Origin: a virus
Lineage: Duplodnaviria; Caudoviricetes
Reading direction: 5' to 3' (one strand)
Length of the DNA stretch: 64,000 nt
IMG/VR virus record: IMGVR_UViG_3300028591_000076
Span: 160,001-224,000 of that record
Shown piece by piece: positions 57,709-64,000 of this stretch (position 1 is the first letter of the stretch; each line of letters begins with the position of its first letter). A program made the translations under genes and the position numbers. Below the pieces are notes generated by a model. It was not told the DNA's origin. It did not search any database and worked only from the letters and a program-made list of their open reading frames with translations.

Positions 57709-58211
57709 AAATGATAGATAGTAGAGAAAAAACACAAGAGCATATTGATGAAGTTAGAAATCAGCTTAGTATTATTTGTGATATACTAAAAGAAAGGGGT
57801 AAAAATCACGATAAGTCTAAATTAGAAGATTTTGAAAAGCCATATTTTGATGAAAATACAGAAAATCTTGCAAAAGAAGTATATGGCTCAGAAGAATATA
57901 AAAAGTCATTAGAAAAATTAAAACCAGCCTTAGAACATCATTATAAAGTCAATAGTCATCACCCAGAGCATTATGAAAATGGTGTAGATGGTATGAACCT
58001 TTATGATGTAATAGAAATGTGGGCTGACTGGAATGCGGCAGTTAAAAGAAATAAAGATGGAGATATCAGAAAATCTCTAGAAATAAATAGTAGAAGATTT
58101 AATTTATCAAACCAGCTTATAAATATATTTAATAATACTATTGAGTTTAATGAAGAGCAACAAGAAAACTCGGATATATTAAATGAGTGGCTAAATAATC
58201 ATTTAAGTTAA
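57702..58211 (+). CDS. DUF5662-type HD-like protein
   Basis: HDKSKL, HHY..NSHHPEH, D.IEMWADW. Confidence 0.75.
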   Translation: MVEMIDSREKTQEHIDEVRNQLSIICDILKERGKNHDKSKLEDFEKPYFDENTENLAKEVYGSEEYKKSLEKLKPALEHHYKVNSHHPEHYENGVDGMNLYDVIEMWADWNAAVKRNKDGDIRKSLEINSRRFNLSNQLINIFNNTIEFNEEQQENSDILNEWLNNHLS

Positions 58212-58534
58212 TTCCAATAATTATTGGAATACTCTATCAAAATTGCCTCAATTATTGAGGCAAATTCTTTTTTAAAAGAATCATTTCTAGAATAATATTT
58301 TATAATATTATCTTCAATTTTAAAATTAAAAAGTTCTGGTCTATCAGTTATTTCAGAGATAACATAATACTTTTCTTTTTTTATAATACCATTATCGTTA
58401 AATTCTCTACTAACACACTCGCAAAGGGTATATTGGTCTTTAAGATAATTAAAAATATAAGAAATCTCACTCTTACTATATTTATTAAATTTTACCCAAG
58501 GATATGAAAATCTCATAATTCTCCGTCTAGCCAT
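58208..58534 (-). CDS. Hypothetical protein
   Basis: ORF downstream of the HNH gene. Confidence 0.5.
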   Translation of the reverse strand: MARRRIMRFSYPWVKFNKYSKSEISYIFNYLKDQYTLCECVSREFNDNGIIKKEKYYVISEITDRPELFNFKIEDNIIKYYSRNDSFKKEFASIIEAILIEYSNNYWN

Positions 58535-58956
58535 TTATCGGGGTCAAACCTTTCTGACTTTAGTCCATCATCTAATACTTCGCTAATACTAGCTGTTCCC
58601 ACTTTTTTATAATTAATAATACGTTGCCACCATTTCTCATGCTCTTCTCTAGAAATCATTTTTCCAGTTACGGGCGATCTATAGGAATCAAGCGCATCAT
58701 GGCATGGTCTACATAATGTATATAAATTATCTATATCATATGTTTCTTCCACATGCCCACCAACTGAATGATAATGTGCTGGGTCTAATATCTGAAATAA
58801 ATAATTTGGTAAATTAAGCTTATTTCTAATACCTAATTCTGATGGTGTCATAATTCTACAACACCTACAAAAGCATCCATCCCTTTCTAAAACTTCTTTT
58901 TTTATAGATTGCCATTGTTCATCTTCGGAACTTCTATGAGAAACCTTCTTTTCCAT
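58513..58956 (-). CDS. HNH endonuclease
   Basis: VLERDGCFCRCC, DPAHYH, NLYTLCRPCHD. Confidence 0.85.
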   Translation of the reverse strand: MEKKVSHRSSEDEQWQSIKKEVLERDGCFCRCCRIMTPSELGIRNKLNLPNYLFQILDPAHYHSVGGHVEETYDIDNLYTLCRPCHDALDSYRSPVTGKMISREEHEKWWQRIINYKKVGTASISEVLDDGLKSERFDPDKWLDGEL

Positions 58957-59012
58957 ATTTATATAGTAGCCCTTTTATAATATGTATTTTATGTATTTCT
59001 ACTAATTTTTAT

Positions 59013-60371
59013 ATGAATAATATTTTTGAATACATTTTACAAGAAGCATCTAAATATAGATTTTTAGAGCCTCTTTATAATACTTACTCAGCTAAAATAA
59101 GTAATTGTCCATCATTTGATGAGATATTAAAGTATATTGATACAAATAATATATCATTTGACTGGCAAAATAAAGATAAAGAAAAACTTTTTAATACAAT
59201 AGTGGACAGCTATATACAGTATAAGCAAAAAGGTGGCTCTATAAAAGATAGAAAGCAAGATGCAAAAAATTTATTCATAGATAAGTTTATGACTGATAAG
59301 CCAGGTAATGCATGGGGATATGGCTTCTTTTTACATAATGACTTAGAGACTGAGGATTATATATTTCTTTCTGTACTATCATATGATGCTGCAAAATATT
59401 GTGACTCATTTGAATGTGGCGGTGAAGGTGCAAAATGGTGTATTGGATACGAAAAGGATGAAGGCTATTGGAAAACTTATATTGATGATAACAGGTATCT
59501 ATTTGTTCTAGCTTTTAATAAGAAAGAGTACGCCAATAAAAAAAGAGAAAAGAATAAATTAAAGTATATGCTTGCATTTGACCCAGAAAGTATAGAAGAG
59601 TCTAAAGCATGGGTACAAGATGATAATGAAGACTTATGTATTCCTAGTACAGAATGGAAACATAAATTTGGTAGATCATATAACGAAATATTAAAGAGCA
59701 TAGATAATGCGGATGTTATAAGTGCTGTTCATTTTGAAAAAGATGGCGGTGAATTTTTTACTAGTAGTCCATGGATAAAGTCATCTCTCTTTGATAAAGA
59801 CCATGTGGATGAAAGTATGTATATGACCGCTGAAGATGAAACTTCTCGTGTAACATACCTAGATACATTAAAAGAAACTGGCTTTATAAATAATTGTGGC
59901 GAAATCATAATTGATGGTGATAATAAAAAACTCACATCAAGCATGATATATAACTATGATGATAAAGAAAATAAGGGTATATTAGACTTACCAACATTAT
60001 TAGATTATATCGCTAAAAATACAAAGCCATTTTTAAATAATGAGAACTATAATAAAAAAGTATATAGTCTTATAATACAAAATGCATATATTGAAAACCT
60101 AATTTGGGAGCCAGAAGCAACAAGTAATAATGTTAGATATACAGAATTAAAAAACTGCGATGTAAATAATTTAGAATGGATAGATTACTCATCTGGTAAT
60201 TATGGATTAGAGTTTGATAATGAAAGCAACTTAAAGAGGATAACTTGGGGATGTTCTCCAGATACATTCGATTCTATGTCTTCATCTAACCTAGAGCTAC
60301 ATGGCATGGAACCTTTAGAAGAATATGCAAATGACGATTATGATGAAGATTATGATTATAATGAAAATTAA
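59013..60371 (+). CDS. Protein with IFEYILQEA leader and CGGEGAKWCIG domain; paralog of 41337-42746
   Basis: Shared N-terminal ~200 aa; different acidic C-terminus. Confidence 0.65.
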   Translation: MNNIFEYILQEASKYRFLEPLYNTYSAKISNCPSFDEILKYIDTNNISFDWQNKDKEKLFNTIVDSYIQYKQKGGSIKDRKQDAKNLFIDKFMTDKPGNAWGYGFFLHNDLETEDYIFLSVLSYDAAKYCDSFECGGEGAKWCIGYEKDEGYWKTYIDDNRYLFVLAFNKKEYANKKREKNKLKYMLAFDPESIEESKAWVQDDNEDLCIPSTEWKHKFGRSYNEILKSIDNADVISAVHFEKDGGEFFTSSPWIKSSLFDKDHVDESMYMTAEDETSRVTYLDTLKETGFINNCGEIIIDGDNKKLTSSMIYNYDDKENKGILDLPTLLDYIAKNTKPFLNNENYNKKVYSLIIQNAYIENLIWEPEATSNNVRYTELKNCDVNNLEWIDYSSGNYGLEFDNESNLKRITWGCSPDTFDSMSSSNLELHGMEPLEEYANDDYDEDYDYNEN

Positions 60372-60373
60372 AA

Positions 60374-61300
60374 CTATAAGGTAACTCTAAAGTCATCTAT
60401 ATAATTTAAGGGTAGCGCATTATTAACATATGATATTATTTCTGTCATATCAACTTTTGTTAAAAAAGTAACATTATTAGATAAACCACATTGGTGCTTC
60501 GCTTCATATAAGCTATCCATGTCATGACTATAAGGATTCTGCATAGTACCATCTTTCTTAAAAAATTGGTCGCCTTTTACTTCAAATAATTTACCATTTA
60601 TATTAAAATCCGGATGGTATATATGAATTTTTCCATCAAATTCATATTTGAATGTCTCAGTGGACCTCTCAATAGGTATATTATTAAGCTCACAATAAAT
60701 CCATAAATATAATTCCCAAGAAGAGTCAAACTTTTCATTTTTATAAATATAAGTAGCTTTTAAGCAGCCAGGATTTTCTACTCCGTACCGTTCCAAACAT
60801 GTCTGTTTTGCTAAATCTATATTATTATAAGACGCAGACCCGTACCTTTCCATTTTAGTTTGTTTTACTTTATCTGATATACCATCTATTTGGGAAGGAT
60901 TAGATACGCCATATTTATCTAATAGCGTATTTTTACATTTTTCCCTATTAGTAAAATATTCATTACCATATCTAGCTTTTTTAGTTTCTCTACATTTTTG
61001 TCTATTTGTAAAATGTTCATTACCATATTTTAACATAGACGTTTTTTGTCTATTCTTAATATTTAACTTTTGCATTTCTTCTACAGAGCCGTATCTGCTA
61101 ATAGCAGTCTGTTCTATTTGGCATGCTCTACAATACAAAGGAAACCTTATAAACCTAAGCGACCTAATAAAATCCTTATTACATTTAGAACATGTACACT
61201 TTACTTTCTGCTCACGATTATATTTTAATTTTATTTCATCTAATGTATCTTCTGATACACTTATAGGATTAATATCTATTAGCTTTTTAATTTTATTCAT
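60374..61300 (-). CDS. Zn-finger/KYG-repeat PD-(D/E)XK homing-endonuclease-like protein
   Basis: CSKC..CRAC; KYG/RYG repeats; FDSSWE..YHPDF..FEVKGDQFF..EAKHQC; downstream of the capsid gene. Confidence 0.75.
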   Translation of the reverse strand: MNKIKKLIDINPISVSEDTLDEIKLKYNREQKVKCTCSKCNKDFIRSLRFIRFPLYCRACQIEQTAISRYGSVEEMQKLNIKNRQKTSMLKYGNEHFTNRQKCRETKKARYGNEYFTNREKCKNTLLDKYGVSNPSQIDGISDKVKQTKMERYGSASYNNIDLAKQTCLERYGVENPGCLKATYIYKNEKFDSSWELYLWIYCELNNIPIERSTETFKYEFDGKIHIYHPDFNINGKLFEVKGDQFFKKDGTMQNPYSHDMDSLYEAKHQCGLSNNVTFLTKVDMTEIISYVNNALPLNYIDDFRVTL

Positions 61301-61399
61301 TTATAAATACATCAATATCAAATTCTATACCTAAATTAACATAAGTAATAGTCTAACACGCAACAATATCAGTATCAATATAATTAAAGAAAAAAAAAT

Positions 61400-61425
61400 A
61401 AAGGGAACTACTAGAGTTCCCTTTT
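61400..61425 (-). terminator. Terminator after the major capsid gene
   Basis: AAAGGGAACT-ACT-AGAGTTCCCTTT with a long U tract on the minus strand. Confidence 0.8.
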
Positions 61426-61470
61426 TATATTCTACTAAGATTATCTTAAGCGGCCTTTAAGCCGCATGGA

Positions 61471-63111
61471 TTATCTAGCTGTAACATCCTTGAGGTGAAG
61501 GATCTTAACTGTTGCAAGATATCTCTTGTTGATAACAGCCCAATCTCCAAATGTTGCAAGACCAGCTTCTTTGTAGAAGTTTTTACGCTGGATAAGACCA
61601 GTTGAAAGGAATGGAACTAATGTACCGAATGCGATAGAGATATCAGCTTCGTTATTAGGATTCTTCCAAACTGTAAGAACTTCGTCTGTTGGGATGATTC
61701 CAGATGGAGCCTTGAATACAGGTTTTCCACCAAGTTCACCCATCTGGTGAATACCTTCGAAGTACTGAGCACCCTTGTCAGAATAGTGCTGGTTAAGTTT
61801 GATGTATGTACCTGCTGAAGGACCAGCTACAAGGCGTGATACACCACCACGGTTGATATCATTTAACATGTTATCAGCTACTGTATCGAGAGCGCACTCA
61901 AATGTCTGTGCGTTAGCGATATAACCTTCAAGGTGTCCGCCTTCTGTCTGGTTATAAGCAGCATCGAATGTTACACGATAACCTTCACCGTTTGTTCTAG
62001 CTTGCTGATAAGCAAGTTTAACTGCACGATAGTCAAGAGCTACACGAATAGCCTGAGCAGCATATGTTACAAGATACTCTTCAGCTGATACGTTGAAAGA
62101 TGTATCAAGAACGATTTCAGAAAGTGAAGACCAAGAAACACCGATAGATGTTGGACGTGGTTCGAAGAAGTAATCAGATGTTCTGATTTCAACTTCACCT
62201 AAGAAGTTACCTTCAAAGTCATCTTCTGAATTGTAACGAGCAAATGCTTTAAGTTCTTTAGCATCTACTGTCTTATCTTTTACGTTAGACTCAAATACTG
62301 TAACGTTGAGGTTACCATTTGCATCAAATGCAGCAGCGAATTTGTAGTCTGGGTTTACCATGAACTTCTTTGATTCTTTCTGCTGAACAGCAACTGGTTC
62401 TGTTTCTTTACCGTAGTAAACAACAGCATAACCATCAATCATTTTTTCGCCTTTTTCACCCCATTTTTCAGAAGCGTCAGCCTGAGCAAGAGTAATCTTA
62501 CCATCTACTGCGTCTACTTTATGGAATGCGAATGTAGCAACTGCACCTTCAGCTGCATCGATTGCAACACCGTTAGCAAGTTCCTGATTGATTCTGTCTT
62601 CAGTTGTTTCGTAAATTGCTTTACGAGCATTTTCACTGTTGATAGAGTTTCTGAACTCTGGTTCATCATCATCATAAAGACGATTGTAATCTTCTGTTTT
62701 GTCAATAAGAGTCTTTCCGTTGAAAGTCTTAGAGTAAACTGGACGAACATACTTGATAGAGTCACGTGCTGTTTCCATTGCGAACTCTGTGAAGATTTTG
62801 TTACGAACGATGTTAGGCATAGAAAGTCTAACAAGTCTTAACATATTTTCTGGAGTGAATCCCTGGAAAGCATCTGCAGTCTGTGTTTCAGAAAGTCTGT
62901 TTAATACAGCTGCCTGGTTATCAAGGTTACAAGCGAGGTTACGCTGTGTAGATTCGTCAAATGTGTCCATGTCTTCGCCGATACCAGGCATAGACTTCCA
63001 AATGTCAATACGCTTTGCAAGACGATAGTTTCTATCTGATCTTGTAAGAGCTTCATCAAGCTGCTGTTTTTCTACATCATTAGCAGCATTCATTCTAGTT
63101 GATAAAGACAT
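61471..63111 (-). CDS. Major capsid protein (T4 gp23-like)
   Basis: LDNQ...LSET propeptide site, LVRLSMPN, RPTSIGVSWS..E, QAIRVALDY, HQMGELGG.PV; strongly biased codon usage; long leader and ACTAATT promoter. Confidence 0.85.
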   Translation of the reverse strand: MSLSTRMNAANDVEKQQLDEALTRSDRNYRLAKRIDIWKSMPGIGEDMDTFDESTQRNLACNLDNQAAVLNRLSETQTADAFQGFTPENMLRLVRLSMPNIVRNKIFTEFAMETARDSIKYVRPVYSKTFNGKTLIDKTEDYNRLYDDDEPEFRNSINSENARKAIYETTEDRINQELANGVAIDAAEGAVATFAFHKVDAVDGKITLAQADASEKWGEKGEKMIDGYAVVYYGKETEPVAVQQKESKKFMVNPDYKFAAAFDANGNLNVTVFESNVKDKTVDAKELKAFARYNSEDDFEGNFLGEVEIRTSDYFFEPRPTSIGVSWSSLSEIVLDTSFNVSAEEYLVTYAAQAIRVALDYRAVKLAYQQARTNGEGYRVTFDAAYNQTEGGHLEGYIANAQTFECALDTVADNMLNDINRGGVSRLVAGPSAGTYIKLNQHYSDKGAQYFEGIHQMGELGGKPVFKAPSGIIPTDEVLTVWKNPNNEADISIAFGTLVPFLSTGLIQRKNFYKEAGLATFGDWAVINKRYLATVKILHLKDVTAR

Positions 63112-63361
63112 AATCTTTTAATTTCCTATTTAATTTTGTTTTGGTTTTTATTAGCTAAATGCTTTTACCCAGTTTATTAAGAGTGCAATTATAGTTAAGG
63201 CCAAATAAAAATTCCTTTTATTCCGGGCATTTTTAATCCCATTTGCTACCAGTTAACTCTTCTTTAGTCTTGGTATTGCTTTAACTTCCATATACTACTA
63301 AAAGCGCTGTGCTTTAGTGGTATATTTATTTAGTATAACTTTTAGAAAACTATACTATAAT

Positions 63362-63368
63362 AATTAGT
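63362..63368 (-). promoter_or_regulatory. ACTAATT late-promoter motif upstream of the capsid gene (one of at least 14 copies)
   Basis: Same motif precedes the prohead protease (6186), tail tube (51839) and many leaderless genes. Confidence 0.6.
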
Positions 63369-63474
63369 ATATACCTTAAAAAAGGTTGCTAATAAATTAT
63401 TTAGTAAGCGTCCTAAAAAAGTAATTTTTTTAATTAGTATATCAATATAAAAAAGGTTAAAACTAATTATAATT

Positions 63475-64000
63475 ATGAGATTACCAAAAAAATTATGGCA
63501 TCAGAGTAAGCCAGAATTCAGAGACTCAATATTTGAAAAAGGCCTAGAGCCAAGGGTAGGCCAAGCTACTAAAGATATTTATAATGAACTTGATGTAGAA
63601 TTACCAAGACCATTTGTATATTTACAAGATATGACAATAGATATATATGGTATTGGTAGAGATTATGATATTTGGGAAATAGATACAGATAAAATAAATA
63701 ATAGTCTAGTAAGAATTGACCCATTATTACAAGATTTCTGTTATATATATCCAGAAGTTATTCCGCCAGAATCACTTATTTTAGTACATAAGGGTACAGG
63801 TCAGAGTTTTCGTAATAATAGGGGAGAACTAAGTAAGTCGGAAGATGAAATAGTTAAAGATATACTTAGCTATATTGGAAAAGGCTCATCTGAAATACCA
63901 GAAAAATTATATCATAAGGGTAATCCAAAATATAGAGAGGATATTCTTAAAAATGGACTAGAGCCACGTATAGGAGATAGCTATTCTTTATTTTATACAG
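63475..64000 (+). CDS. Partial ORF with tandem ADP-ribosyltransferase/Tpt1-like repeats
   Basis: Not in the track. LPKKLWHQS...SIFEKGLEPRVG...VYL...IWEIDT...EVIPPESL, then IPEKLYHKG...DILKNGLEPRIG; ACTAATT lies 6 nt before the ATG. Confidence 0.65.
   Translation, partial: MRLPKKLWHQSKPEFRDSIFEKGLEPRVGQATKDIYNELDVELPRPFVYLQDMTIDIYGIGRDYDIWEIDTDKINNSLVRIDPLLQDFCYIYPEVIPPESLILVHKGTGQSFRNNRGELSKSEDEIVKDILSYIGKGSSEIPEKLYHKGNPKYREDILKNGLEPRIGDSYSLFYT

Noticed and set aside
1-64000. Alternative genetic code (TAG/TGA recoding as in some gut jumbo phages)
   Set aside because: Conserved genes are full length in code 11, TAG and TGA end genes at expected positions, and coding density is high.

Overview
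AT-rich (~28-30% GC), densely coding segment of a large T4-like myovirus/jumbo phage genome read in the standard genetic code; no rRNA, tRNA or CRISPR array was found. Structural genes: prohead protease fused to a scaffold-like coiled coil (3754-6120), major capsid protein (61471-63111), tail tube plus three tube-fold paralogs and a gp25-like wedge (45165-51766), and a gp26-like hub/chaperone. DNA and nucleotide metabolism genes: nrdD, nrdG, dut, thyA, a HAD nucleotidase, SbcC/gp46, a SNF2 helicase, RecU-like, Cas4/RecB-like and HNH nucleases, and HD proteins. The host is probably a Treponema-like spirochaete. Most notable observations: (1) phage-encoded spirochaete flagellar core (FlaB) and a divergent sheath (FlaA-like) protein inside a cassette of exported proteins; (2) an unannotated ~400-nt, highly structured ncRNA (34021-34421); (3) a family of Zn-finger/repeat/PD-(D/E)XK homing-endonuclease-like genes, two fused to an amino-DNA-methyltransferase with a CPPY motif; (4) nrdD split into two polypeptides and also interrupted by a group I intron encoding a GIY-YIG endonuclease; (5) dispersed late genes sharing an ACTAATT leaderless promoter and an N-terminal 'IFExI..LxE' putative capsid-targeting peptide on unrelated cargo domains; (6) a candidate +1 frameshift in the hub/chaperone gene. 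All assignments come from reading motifs by eye; no database search was run.
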